Source: a virus
IMG/VR virus record: IMGVR_UViG_3300032092_003271
Coordinates: 32,920 to 96,919 of that record
DNA length: 64,000 nucleotides
Direction: 5' to 3' (one strand)
Shown here in pieces: positions 39,547-49,701 of the stretch. The position numbers and the translations under genes were made by a program. Under the pieces are notes generated by a model. It was not told the origin of the DNA. It saw nothing but the letters and a program-made list of their open reading frames with translations, and made no database searches. Each line of letters begins with the position of its first letter. Positions within the stretch are counted from its first letter, which is position 1.

Positions 39547-42144
39547 TTATTGTTTGTATACTTCAAATTTAGATAAGTCAGGATAAGGTAATTCTAAATC
39601 CTCATTATGTTTTGGCATTCCGTCTACTTTATAAAATTGGTTCATAAGAAGTAAACCTCTTGATGCTATTTCTGGCATCATATAAAAATTCCAACCCAAC
39701 ATGTCAAAGTCATCTTCATGATACGAACATTCGTTTCTTCCCGAATATCTCGCTCGTTTAAACCATTTGTATGCCTCATAATCGTCAGTAATAATTGCAC
39801 CACCTTTACCAAGTTTTAAATGTTTGTATGGTCCTGTAAATGACAAACACATATGTGTATTTGGAATGTACATGTCTGTTGTAAATCTTAACGCACTATC
39901 CCATACTCTTGTTGGGTATAATTGATATGCGCCTTTTAATGTTAAACTATTAACTGATTCAAATTCAACCTTTCCCCCTGCATGTATAATCTCACAAGGA
40001 ACTGAAGGGTATGTACGTGATGGAATTCTTATAGTTTGACCTTTTATGTTTTCATACATTAAAGCCAAAAACAAAGCGTTACTTTGGTTATCTACAGTAA
40101 CTGCATATGGGGCTCCTGTGTAATCACAAAGAACTTGTTCAAAATCTTTAGTTACTTGATAAGTTGATTTCCCAAGTGATCCAGGTCTTTTAAATCTTTC
40201 ATTTTTTGGTTTTGCAAAAATAACACCATGTTCAACTGACTCATCAGATCTTATTTGTTTTCCCATTTCAAACACTATAATTTTATATTCAAAATCATTT
40301 CGTTTTAATTTCTCAATTATTGGTGTAATTTCATTGTTATAATTTCCATGAAACTCAACCATAAATCTATCAACTAATTTTATTTGTTCATCAGTCACAG
40401 ATTCAAAGAAAGGATATTCACCACCCTCAATATCACATTTTAATAATGATATTCTTTCATAATTGTTATCTTTTAAAATATCATCTAAAGTTATTGTATC
40501 ACACTCAATAAGATTATTTAATTGACCGTAGTTAGGATCATCAGTTCCAAAATAATTTGACCCAATAGTTGTGTTCTCCATTGAGAATCTAAATGGAATT
40601 TTTGTATGTTCTTTATAAATTGGATTCATGTAGATCACAGATCTTTCATTATCATCGTCCAACAAAGTTTCAATACTATCCCTTAGGTAAGGATTTGCTT
40701 CTACTAATATTACTTTCTTTGCATTAATTGAATACATGTATTTTGCAAATAACCCAACATTGGCACCAATATCTATAACTGTATTCAAATTATCTAAATC
40801 TAAACCACTAAAACATCTGTCAATAAAAAACTCGTGATAATTAACATAGTTACAATCAAATGGTTTAAAATTGAATGATGGGATATTTGGTTTTACATCA
40901 TTAACAACCAATTCTTTTGAACCTAATAATTCATTGTTTAAATTATAAAACTCAATTCTAAATCCTCTGAAATTTTTCATTCCTTCAAATTTCATAACAT
41001 GGGTTGGAATTGGGATAATAAAATAAGATAATGGTTCTATAATATTTAAATTGAACCAATATAGTGGTGCGTTTGATGTCATACATCTTATGGTAATGTT
41101 CAGGTTTATTTTTTCTGAATAACCATAATTTAATATGATTTTATTTTCGATACCAACCCAACTAACATCAAACATATTTCCTACGTTTGATATACCTAAA
41201 GTGTTTAATAGTATTTGTATGTCTTTATTAATGTCTCCTGTCATAAATTTAATATTTTCATCGTTATTATACTTACCACAATAAACGTCCAAATTAAACA
41301 TCATCATTGGTAATTCGTATTTGATTGCTTCTTTAATTGCAATCGGGTTTAGTTCTTTGTTAAATCTGTCTCCTTTTGATGGGAATAAAAATAAATCAGA
41401 TGCTTGTAAAAAAGTATCAACATCTGATCTTTCACCCCAAACCACACAGTTATCTGGTTTGTCTTTCATTAAGGGCTCCCAATAATGTCTGAAGTTGTCG
41501 GCTTGATTTCCAATAAAGTGAAATAATATTTTTTCATCTTTTAATTGTTTTGCCATCTCAAAGACATAACCTTGATTTTTTCTTTCAGTAAATAGACCAA
41601 CAATCACAACATGTTTCCATTCAGGATCCAACATAAATTGTTCTTGAGCCCATTGTTTATCCGGTTTTACAATGTCAATTGGATATTCAATAATTTCGTA
41701 AGGTACATCAAACATTGAGTATCTAAATGCGTTAAATGGACTTACAAAAATAAATTTATCGGGAAACCATCTTTTGTTTGTTACAGGAATACTTGAATCG
41801 TGAGTCGTTTCAAATAGTTTGTATGTTCTTTCTTTAATAAATAATTTCTCATTAATTTCTTCAGGTATAAAATGTTCACAAAATTCTTCCAAACAAACGA
41901 TGTCTGGTTGAAATCCATGGATCAAATCAAATATTTTATTTTTATCTTCCCCTAAAACAAATAAATTTTCAGGTCCAATAAGATCTTTAATTCTATTTTT
42001 TTGAACAACAAAGGCGTCTCCATGCCAACTCCACTCAACACATTTGATTATATAATCATCTTTTAATAATTCTATTTTATTTACCAATACTTGCGGTAAC
42101 CCTCCTGTGGATAGATGAGGTGCGACAAATAAGATCTTTTTCAT
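39547..42144 (-). CDS. multidomain GT4 + FkbM methyltransferase + shortened DegT/DnrJ aminotransferase
   Basis: HLSTGGLPQ, SDLFLFPS...ELNPIAIKEA; IDIGANVGLF, LKCDIEGGE; FE..L..YTGA.YAV, DSA, SFTGPYK.L..G.GG.I.TDD, GWNF.M. Confidence 0.85.
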   Translation of the reverse strand: MKKILFVAPHLSTGGLPQVLVNKIELLKDDYIIKCVEWSWHGDAFVVQKNRIKDLIGPENLFVLGEDKNKIFDLIHGFQPDIVCLEEFCEHFIPEEINEKLFIKERTYKLFETTHDSSIPVTNKRWFPDKFIFVSPFNAFRYSMFDVPYEIIEYPIDIVKPDKQWAQEQFMLDPEWKHVVIVGLFTERKNQGYVFEMAKQLKDEKILFHFIGNQADNFRHYWEPLMKDKPDNCVVWGERSDVDTFLQASDLFLFPSKGDRFNKELNPIAIKEAIKYELPMMMFNLDVYCGKYNNDENIKFMTGDINKDIQILLNTLGISNVGNMFDVSWVGIENKIILNYGYSEKINLNITIRCMTSNAPLYWFNLNIIEPLSYFIIPIPTHVMKFEGMKNFRGFRIEFYNLNNELLGSKELVVNDVKPNIPSFNFKPFDCNYVNYHEFFIDRCFSGLDLDNLNTVIDIGANVGLFAKYMYSINAKKVILVEANPYLRDSIETLLDDDNERSVIYMNPIYKEHTKIPFRFSMENTTIGSNYFGTDDPNYGQLNNLIECDTITLDDILKDNNYERISLLKCDIEGGEYPFFESVTDEQIKLVDRFMVEFHGNYNNEITPIIEKLKRNDFEYKIIVFEMGKQIRSDESVEHGVIFAKPKNERFKRPGSLGKSTYQVTKDFEQVLCDYTGAPYAVTVDNQSNALFLALMYENIKGQTIRIPSRTYPSVPCEIIHAGGKVEFESVNSLTLKGAYQLYPTRVWDSALRFTTDMYIPNTHMCLSFTGPYKHLKLGKGGAIITDDYEAYKWFKRARYSGRNECSYHEDDFDMLGWNFYMMPEIASRGLLLMNQFYKVDGMPKHNEDLELPYPDLSKFEVYKQ

Positions 42145-42200
42145 ATGTAGAATATAGTTAATTGTAACACGAAAGCAAAGTATTTATTGTAATAAAGATT

Positions 42201-43952
42201 ATGGCGAATACAATAAAATACTCAACAACGGGGGATACACTATCAATAAAAAAAGAAAATTTTTTCTTTGGGGTTGGTGATGTTGGAAAGGGTCCAAGTC
42301 AATCAACAGATCATTATCAGGGTATTTCACCACCCTCAGGTGGTTATACAATTTACGCTAACACAAACGGATCTTTTACCGCAATTTTTTGTGCAAATGA
42401 TAACGCTCAATTAATAAACTTTACAAATGGATTCTCAAACCAAAATTTTACTGCCGCAACTCAATGTTTGAATTGGTATCTTAGTCAATCAAATTTTGCT
42501 TGTGTAAACAAAGACTATGAGCCAATTATTACAAGTGGTCTTACACTTTGTTTGGATTCATCTTTTTCACCTTCGTATACTACTTCTGGAAGTGTATGGT
42601 ATGATTTATCGTATAGCGTAAAAAATGCAACATTGAGCGGTTCTCCAACTTATAAACCGTCAGATAAAAGTTTAAGTTTTGTACCGGCACAAAGTCAATA
42701 TGCGACTATTCCTGATTTAGGTAGTTTAACCACATGGACAATAGAATCTTTGGTGAAGTTTACAGCACCATTGGTCGTAGGAAACACAATTTCTGCAGTT
42801 ATAACAAATCAGTACAATGGGGCAGTAAATTTGAATTTTAGTATGGGTACTCTAAACTCACCTACGGATGCGTTAATTAGGGTTGGGTTCTTTGATGGTT
42901 CTTGGAGAATAACATCAGGTTTTGCACCATTGACAGGTGTTACATATTATATTTCAGGTACTTATGATGGAACTACAATAAGACAATACGTTAACGGTGT
43001 TGCGTCAGGTGGTACTTTATCTTATGAAGGTACACCATCTTCAGGAGGTGAAGTAAGATTAATGAGAAAATGGGATGATGTGGTTAATACTACAAATTTA
43101 ATGTCTGGCGATTTAACAATGGTAAGGGTTTATAATAGAGCCTTAAGTGCTTCAGAAATTTTGAGTAATTATAATGCACAGACCACTATATCTTACGATC
43201 CCAATGCGGTTGCATTTATAGTTGCTGCCGGTATAACAAATACAACACAACAATCGGCAATTAACCAACTAGTTCTTGATTTGAAATCGTATTCATTATG
43301 GGATAAATGTAGTGCGATTTATCCATTCGTAGGTGGAACTGCATCATCTCACAAATATAATCTCAAAGACCCAAGAGATTTAGATGTTGCATTTAGAATT
43401 CAATTTTATGGTGGGTGGACTCATAACTCTAATGGAATACAAGGTAACGGGTCAAACGCTTATGCCGATACTTTTGTGGCAATGAATACAAGTGCTTTAT
43501 TGAATTTATCAAACCACCTTAGTTCTTACAATAGAATATTACCACCGTCAACAGGCACATATTATCATGGAATTGTAAATACAAGTAGTGGTATTGCGGT
43601 TTTTGGGGGTTTATGGAATGTTAATTCCCTTACAGGTGGTTTACAAAATTGGCTTTCAGGCGGTGCCGTAGCTGAGTTAGGACTTGTGAATATTACCGTT
43701 ATCAATGAAAGTACATCCAAATTCTATTTAAACGGAACTTTAAGATCTGAACCTAACGATCCAGTTTCAATGACTCTCCAAACTAATTATTATTTAGGAG
43801 CCGCTTATAGTACTTCATCTATGGGTCCTGCGTATTATAATACAACTAATTATGCATTTACCTCTTTAGGTGCGTCTATTACTACAACAGACGCATCCAA
43901 TTTATATACCGCTGTTCAAGCATTTCAAACAACATTAGGAAGACAAGTTTAA
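42201..43952 (+). CDS. putative virion protein with LamG domain and a second beta-rich domain
   Basis: GLTLCLD, GTYDGTTIRQYVNG, YNRALSASEIL.NYNA; N-terminus shared with 44222. Confidence 0.75.
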   Translation: MANTIKYSTTGDTLSIKKENFFFGVGDVGKGPSQSTDHYQGISPPSGGYTIYANTNGSFTAIFCANDNAQLINFTNGFSNQNFTAATQCLNWYLSQSNFACVNKDYEPIITSGLTLCLDSSFSPSYTTSGSVWYDLSYSVKNATLSGSPTYKPSDKSLSFVPAQSQYATIPDLGSLTTWTIESLVKFTAPLVVGNTISAVITNQYNGAVNLNFSMGTLNSPTDALIRVGFFDGSWRITSGFAPLTGVTYYISGTYDGTTIRQYVNGVASGGTLSYEGTPSSGGEVRLMRKWDDVVNTTNLMSGDLTMVRVYNRALSASEILSNYNAQTTISYDPNAVAFIVAAGITNTTQQSAINQLVLDLKSYSLWDKCSAIYPFVGGTASSHKYNLKDPRDLDVAFRIQFYGGWTHNSNGIQGNGSNAYADTFVAMNTSALLNLSNHLSSYNRILPPSTGTYYHGIVNTSSGIAVFGGLWNVNSLTGGLQNWLSGGAVAELGLVNITVINESTSKFYLNGTLRSEPNDPVSMTLQTNYYLGAAYSTSSMGPAYYNTTNYAFTSLGASITTTDASNLYTAVQAFQTTLGRQV

Positions 43953-43956
43953 TAAT

Positions 43957-44214
43957 ATGAAAATAACAGATATAACACCAAACGACCCAACAATATATGT
44001 TGGTTTGTTGACAGAAGAACAAAAAAATCAATTAAACGGCCAATGGTTTGCACCTGATAGTTATTTCTATGCGGTACAAGATATAAACGATAATTGGTTT
44101 ATATCAATTATAGAAATTATGAATTGTGTAAATCCTGATTTTTTATGGGTTAAAGATTTAGATTTAATCCCTTATGATCCAAAAATTGATAACATGCCCC
44201 TAATAGAAAGTTAA
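43957..44214 (+). CDS. small hypothetical protein (possible chaperone for the upstream protein)
   Basis: acidic 85-aa ORF tightly following a LamG gene. Confidence 0.5.
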   Translation: MKITDITPNDPTIYVGLLTEEQKNQLNGQWFAPDSYFYAVQDINDNWFISIIEIMNCVNPDFLWVKDLDLIPYDPKIDNMPLIES

Positions 44215-44221
44215 AAATAAA

Positions 44222-45943
44222 ATGCCAAATTTAATTAAATACTCAACAACAGGTGACACTTTATCGTTAAAGAAGGGTAATTTCTTTATTGGTACTGGTG
44301 ATGTCGGTAAAGGACCGACTGAAGTAACCGGATATTGGAATGGTGTCGATGTTCCGAGTGGAGGTTACATTATCCATAAAAACAAATCAGTTAATGGTCC
44401 GGCAATGTGGCTTTGTAAAGATGATGCCGAATTTGTTTATATAACCAACAATATTGAGGGGACCACATTTACAGGTGCAACGCAATCTTTAGTGTATTAT
44501 TCACCTATGAATGATGCGATGGTTTTCAATAGAAATTACAATACGATTACGACAAGTTTACTATCAATTGTTTTGGATCCTAGTTTTACTGTTTCATATC
44601 CTAAGTCAGGAACAACATTTTATAATATTGGTAATAATAACAATTCATTAACATTCAGTTTGTTAAATGGTGTATCCTATTCTTCAGAATCCGGTGGATC
44701 TTTGGTGTTTGATGGTGTTGACGATGAGGTTAGTAGTGACGCGGTTTATACAATGACTTCAGGTACAACTTATGATATTTGGGTTAAAAGGACCTCAAAC
44801 GGGAATGAATTCAACATGATGATGAGTAACTTTATACCATATATGTCATTTAGAGGTACTGGTAGTGGGTCTGACATAAACAGATACCAAGTGGCTTGGT
44901 ATGGAGTGTCAGGAGGTACACAAACACAAAGAAATCTATATTCAACAGGAGCAACTTTTAGTAATAACATATGGTATAATTTTACTTACACTTTATTGTA
45001 TGATTTACAAAATCAACTTGCAACTGGAAGAATTTATATTAACGGAGTTTTTAATGGTACGGATTCAATTTATAGTGATTCTATTTATCAACCATCAAGT
45101 AATAGAAGATTACTATTAGGTAATTATATAAATAACCAATACCCATTTACTGGAAATATTGGTAGATTTTTAGTTTATGAAAGGGTGTTATCTGACTCAG
45201 AAATTATAAATAATTACCAATCTAATTTACCAATAATATTAAATGAAAATATTGTAACAAATGGGTTGGTTAGCTATCTTGATGCCGGATTCAGAACTTC
45301 ATACCCAACAACAGGTACCACTTGGTATGATGTGAGCGGATATGGTCTAAACGGAACATTAACAAATGGTCCGACATATAGCTCATTGGATGGGGGATCA
45401 ATTGTTTTCGACGGTACAAATGATTATGTTAATAGCGTAGGAGCAACAACATCATTTTCATTCATACAAAATACTGGAATTTTTACAATAAGCGCTTGGG
45501 TTAAACTTAATGATTTATCAACCGCAAGATATATTATGGGTAATAATGACGGTCTTACAACAAGTAGAGGGTTCTTTTTGGGATATTCAGGAACTTCTGG
45601 CACATGTTTTTTGGCTATTACACGTGCCCTTTCAAACCAATATACTCTTGATCTAAAAAAACCTAATTTTTTTACTGATAATAATTGGGTATTAGTTACT
45701 TGTGTTGGAAATAGAACAAACTGTCAATTGTATAAAAATGGAATTCCTTTTGATACCCCTGTTAACTTTAGTACCTTTGCAACAACAAACAGTACAAGAG
45801 CATTAAATATTGGTAGAATTAATAGTCTGAATGGTGGCTATTGGTCCGGTAATGTTGCGTTAACTCAGATTTATAATCGAGCTTTATCATCAACAGAAGT
45901 TTTACAAAACTTTAACGCTCAAAAATCAAGATTTGGATTATAA
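44222..45943 (+). CDS. putative virion protein with tandem LamG domains
   Basis: two FDG.DD/ND ... LS.SE...N(Y/F) LamG units. Confidence 0.8.
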   Translation: MPNLIKYSTTGDTLSLKKGNFFIGTGDVGKGPTEVTGYWNGVDVPSGGYIIHKNKSVNGPAMWLCKDDAEFVYITNNIEGTTFTGATQSLVYYSPMNDAMVFNRNYNTITTSLLSIVLDPSFTVSYPKSGTTFYNIGNNNNSLTFSLLNGVSYSSESGGSLVFDGVDDEVSSDAVYTMTSGTTYDIWVKRTSNGNEFNMMMSNFIPYMSFRGTGSGSDINRYQVAWYGVSGGTQTQRNLYSTGATFSNNIWYNFTYTLLYDLQNQLATGRIYINGVFNGTDSIYSDSIYQPSSNRRLLLGNYINNQYPFTGNIGRFLVYERVLSDSEIINNYQSNLPIILNENIVTNGLVSYLDAGFRTSYPTTGTTWYDVSGYGLNGTLTNGPTYSSLDGGSIVFDGTNDYVNSVGATTSFSFIQNTGIFTISAWVKLNDLSTARYIMGNNDGLTTSRGFFLGYSGTSGTCFLAITRALSNQYTLDLKKPNFFTDNNWVLVTCVGNRTNCQLYKNGIPFDTPVNFSTFATTNSTRALNIGRINSLNGGYWSGNVALTQIYNRALSSTEVLQNFNAQKSRFGL

Positions 45944-45957
45944 AAATATTTATTAAT

Positions 45958-46230
45958 ATGGAAACACAAATACAAGAATACGATAACAGAGAATTTATGA
46001 TTTTCTCTGTGACTGAATTAGATCAGATTGATTTTACTCAGGTTTTGGAAACCTCGATAGATACCGTTAGAAAATCAGTTGATGAAACAAAAACATTTGT
46101 TAAGTGGGATGGATCAATGCCTGAGTGTGTAAGTAACCTTACGACAAAAGAAGGTCCTTATAATTACCATGAAATTTTACAAATATTAAATACACCTGAA
46201 TGGACTAACCCAAATCAAATGGAAGGATAA
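45958..46230 (+). CDS. small hypothetical phage protein
   Basis: IDFTQVLETS.DT.RKS.D..KTFVKW..P; TATTTAT upstream. Confidence 0.55.
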   Translation: METQIQEYDNREFMIFSVTELDQIDFTQVLETSIDTVRKSVDETKTFVKWDGSMPECVSNLTTKEGPYNYHEILQILNTPEWTNPNQMEG

Positions 46231-46532
46231 TGCCAAACTATGTCCAAATAAATTCAATATCAGGAACGTCACCATATACAATATTTGTGTGTGATCAGAC
46301 TTTCACATATTGTTATTTAGCTGCGGGACCCGTAATAATTACAACACCATATACATTTATGGTTCCACCACCATTAACTAATACCACAGATGTGATTGTT
46401 AAAATAATAGATTCAAACGGATGTGACACTTGGGTTCCATTATCTTGTGGTACATATTACGGAAAAGAATTTGAGGACTTTGCAATATTTTTATTTCAAG
46501 ATACAAATATTTATTTATTTGAAGGTCAGTAA
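46230..46532 (+). CDS. small hypothetical structural protein
   Basis: coupled ORF; beta-rich with DSNGC motif. Confidence 0.5.
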   Translation: MPNYVQINSISGTSPYTIFVCDQTFTYCYLAAGPVIITTPYTFMVPPPLTNTTDVIVKIIDSNGCDTWVPLSCGTYYGKEFEDFAIFLFQDTNIYLFEGQ

Positions 46533-46543
46533 TATTTATTAGT

Positions 46544-48409
46544 ATGCCAGTTTATAATAGATTAACGGATAGACAACAGGTTTCCGCGGTAACCTTAAAC
46601 GATATCATTCACGTAGTTGTTACAGGAGATACTTCTCAAAGCCCTCAGGGTTCTTCATATTTTGCCCCATTAAGTTATATACAAGCAATCTTGAGTGGTG
46701 CTAGTGGTACACAAGGTACTTCAGGTACATCAGGTACGAGGGGTAGTTCAGGATCTAGTGGTAGTTCAGGTACATCAGGTACGAGGGGTTCATCAGGAAC
46801 ATCAGGTTCTAGTGGTTCTAGTGGTACATCGGGTACGACAGGATCTAGCGGTAGTAGTGGATCATCAGGTAGTAGTGGTACAAGTGGGACTAGCGGTTCA
46901 TCGGGTTCAAGTGGAACTAGCGGATCTAATGGATCTTCAGGTACTTCAGGAACTAGAGGTTCTTCAGGTACTTCGGGATCAAGTGGTACAACCGGATCTT
47001 CAGGTAGTTCAGGCGTATCTTTTGGTACATCAGGTACAAGTGGTTTATCAGGAAACGATTCTTCAAATAGTGGTAGGTGGAGATATGTAGGAGTAGGTAA
47101 TAACCCCTCACCAGGACTTTTTGAGACGGATAATACAACAATATCTTCAATAGCCTTTGTCTACATAAATACACAGGATGAAAACGGTTCAGATTATACT
47201 AGATGGTTTTTAGGGGTAGATACTATACAAGACCTTGGTAACACTGTCTATTTACAAATCACACAAGTAGGTTCTAATAATATTATTGGTATCTGGACAG
47301 TTAGATCCATTACTTCATCAGGTAGTGTTTACGAGTTTGAAGTTGATAATCCAGCACTTGTTGCAGATGGTACTATAACAGATACTTGCACAATATCATG
47401 GGTATTTAATGGACTAAATGGTGAAACAGGATCAAGTGGAATATCCGGATCTTCAGGATCAAGTGGTAGTTCAGGTACTAGAGGTTCATCAGGTAGTTCA
47501 GGATCAAGTGGAATATCCGGATCTTCAGGATCAAGTGGTAGTTCAGGTACTAGAGGTTCATCAGGTAGTTCAGGATCAAGTGGAATATCCGGATCTTCAG
47601 GATCAAGTGGTACTAGTGGTGTAAATGGTACTGAGGGATCTAACGGTAGTAGTGGATCATCAGGTAGTTCAGGGTCTTCAGGTTCAAGTGGATCATCAGG
47701 AACATCCCCTTTACCCTCAGAAGTTTATACAGTAGAAAATACGGGTAACACTAAGTTTTATGTTACTTTTGTTGATTCAAATAACTTAGTTGCTGCACCT
47801 GAAAGTGTTTATACAAATACGGGTATAAGTTACAATCCAAGTACAGATATTTTAGAACTCATAACAGGATATCGAAGTGGTGATGGAACAGTTTCGGCCC
47901 CACCTTATAGTTTTATTGCAGATACTAATACGGGAATATATAGGATTGGTACCGATAATTTAGGTTTTGCAACAAACGGTACTAGACGAATGTCTATTGA
48001 TAGTACCGGTAGAATTTTAATGGGTAATGGTGATGAATCTTCAGGATCAAACTTTATAATTCCTTTAGGTGGGTACGCGGCAACATCTAATGCAACTCCA
48101 GCAACACTTATAACATTAGCAACAGACACTGATGGTGTGTATACTGTAGAGGCGTTTGTTGCGGGGGCCACAGTAACAGGAAGTAATGCGATCGGTGGAA
48201 TTATAAGCGCAACTTTTTTAAATAACGGAGGATCTCTTAGTCTTATCGGATCGGTACAAGGATCGGTACAAGAAAACTATGCGGGATCACCGACCTTCAC
48301 ACTTCTTGCGTCAGGAACTAATATAATATTACAAGTCACAGGAGTTGCGTCGACCACTATAAATTGGTTTGGTAAAATTAAATATATTACGGGATCTAGA
48401 GCCATTTAA
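46544..48409 (+). CDS. fibre-like protein with Gly-Ser/Thr-Ser triplet repeats
   Basis: two (GSS/GTS)n tracts, a domain shared with 21663, and a G...AP.YSF..DTNTGIY...D.LGFATNG..R fibre motif. Confidence 0.75.
   Translation: MPVYNRLTDRQQVSAVTLNDIIHVVVTGDTSQSPQGSSYFAPLSYIQAILSGASGTQGTSGTSGTRGSSGSSGSSGTSGTRGSSGTSGSSGSSGTSGTTGSSGSSGSSGSSGTSGTSGSSGSSGTSGSNGSSGTSGTRGSSGTSGSSGTTGSSGSSGVSFGTSGTSGLSGNDSSNSGRWRYVGVGNNPSPGLFETDNTTISSIAFVYINTQDENGSDYTRWFLGVDTIQDLGNTVYLQITQVGSNNIIGIWTVRSITSSGSVYEFEVDNPALVADGTITDTCTISWVFNGLNGETGSSGISGSSGSSGSSGTRGSSGSSGSSGISGSSGSSGSSGTRGSSGSSGSSGISGSSGSSGTSGVNGTEGSNGSSGSSGSSGSSGSSGSSGTSPLPSEVYTVENTGNTKFYVTFVDSNNLVAAPESVYTNTGISYNPSTDILELITGYRSGDGTVSAPPYSFIADTNTGIYRIGTDNLGFATNGTRRMSIDSTGRILMGNGDESSGSNFIIPLGGYAATSNATPATLITLATDTDGVYTVEAFVAGATVTGSNAIGGIISATFLNNGGSLSLIGSVQGSVQENYAGSPTFTLLASGTNIILQVTGVASTTINWFGKIKYITGSRAI
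47429..47612 (+). repeat. 72-bp exact tandem repeat, about 2.5 copies
   Basis: unit beginning GGATCAAGTGGAATATCC starts at 47429, 47501 and 47573. Confidence 0.9.
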
Positions 48410-48456
48410 CTTTTAATTTTCATTTATTTTAGTCATTATTTTTTTATTTTTTCTGT

Positions 48457-49701
48457 ATGAGAATATTTGTGCAGATTGCTGCTTATCGTGACCCCCAACT
48501 TATACCAACAATTAAATCTATGTTGGAGAAAGCAAAAAAACCAAAAAATATTATTATTGGTATTGCAAGACAATTTCATCCTGAAGATGGTTTTGATGAT
48601 TTAACTGAATATGAAAATGATGATCGTTTTCGTATTTTAAATATCCCACACACTGAATCAAAAGGCGTTTGTTGGGCAAGACATCAAGTCCAACAATTAT
48701 ATGGAGGTGAAGAATACACACTTCAAATCGATTCTCATATGAGGTTTGAAAAAGATTGGGATGACACTTTAATCAAAATGATTAAAAGATTACAAAAACT
48801 TGGTTATAAAAAACCTTTGTTAACAGGTTACGTTTCATCTTTTGATCCTGATAATGATCCTGAAGGTAGAGTTAATGAACCTTGGAGAATGGCGTTTGAT
48901 AGATTCACACCTGAAGGTGTTGTATTTTTCTTACCTGAGGTAATTCCTGATTGGAATAAAATTAAAGATCCAATTCCTGCAAGATTTTATTCGGCTCACT
49001 TCTGTTTCACTTTAGGACAATTCTCAACTGAAGTACAACACGATCCCGAATTTTATTTTCATGGTGAAGAAATTTCAATAACCGTTAGAGCATATACTCA
49101 TGGTTATGATTTATTCCACCCAAATAAAGTGGTTATTTGGCATGAATACACAAGAAAAGGTAGGACTAAACAATGGGACGATGATAAAGAATGGTATTTA
49201 AAAAACACCGCATGTCATAAAAAGAATAGACAACTTCTTGGTATTGATGGTGAAAAATATGAAGGAGACTATTATGATTGGTTTGGTAAAGAAAGAACTA
49301 TAAGAGATTATGAAAAATATGCCGGATTGCTATTTGAAACAAGAGCAGTACAACAAGATACTATAGATAAAAAATATCCCCCAAACCATTATGATTTTGA
49401 AAATGAAAATGAATGGAAAAAAAGTTTCTCAACAATATTCAAACACTGTATTGATTTAGATTTAAATCAAGTTCCCGAAACAGACTACGATTTTTGGGTT
49501 GTTGCTTTTCACGATCAAGAACATCAAACAATTTTTAGACAAGATGCCGACGCAAACGAAATAATAAGAATAAAGTCAGACCCTGAGGGATATGGTAAAA
49601 TATGGAGAGAATTCAACACAACAAAAATACCATCGTATTGGGTAGTATGGCCCCACTCAATTTCAAAAGATTGGTGTGATAGAATTGTTGGTAATTTATG
49701 A
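48457..49701 (+). CDS. GT60-like polypeptide N-acetylhexosaminyltransferase (Skp1 Gnt1-like)
   Basis: IFVQIAAYRD, A..P....GI..Q, GVCWAR, YTLQIDSHMRF...WD..LI, F.GEE....RAYTHG.D.F.P. Confidence 0.82.
   Translation: MRIFVQIAAYRDPQLIPTIKSMLEKAKKPKNIIIGIARQFHPEDGFDDLTEYENDDRFRILNIPHTESKGVCWARHQVQQLYGGEEYTLQIDSHMRFEKDWDDTLIKMIKRLQKLGYKKPLLTGYVSSFDPDNDPEGRVNEPWRMAFDRFTPEGVVFFLPEVIPDWNKIKDPIPARFYSAHFCFTLGQFSTEVQHDPEFYFHGEEISITVRAYTHGYDLFHPNKVVIWHEYTRKGRTKQWDDDKEWYLKNTACHKKNRQLLGIDGEKYEGDYYDWFGKERTIRDYEKYAGLLFETRAVQQDTIDKKYPPNHYDFENENEWKKSFSTIFKHCIDLDLNQVPETDYDFWVVAFHDQEHQTIFRQDADANEIIRIKSDPEGYGKIWREFNTTKIPSYWVVWPHSISKDWCDRIVGNL

Noticed and set aside
23421-47411. Diversity-generating retroelement template/variable repeat pair
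   Set aside because: Differences between the duplicated segments include many C/T synonymous changes and an indel rather than adenine-specific changes, and no reverse transcriptase is in the window
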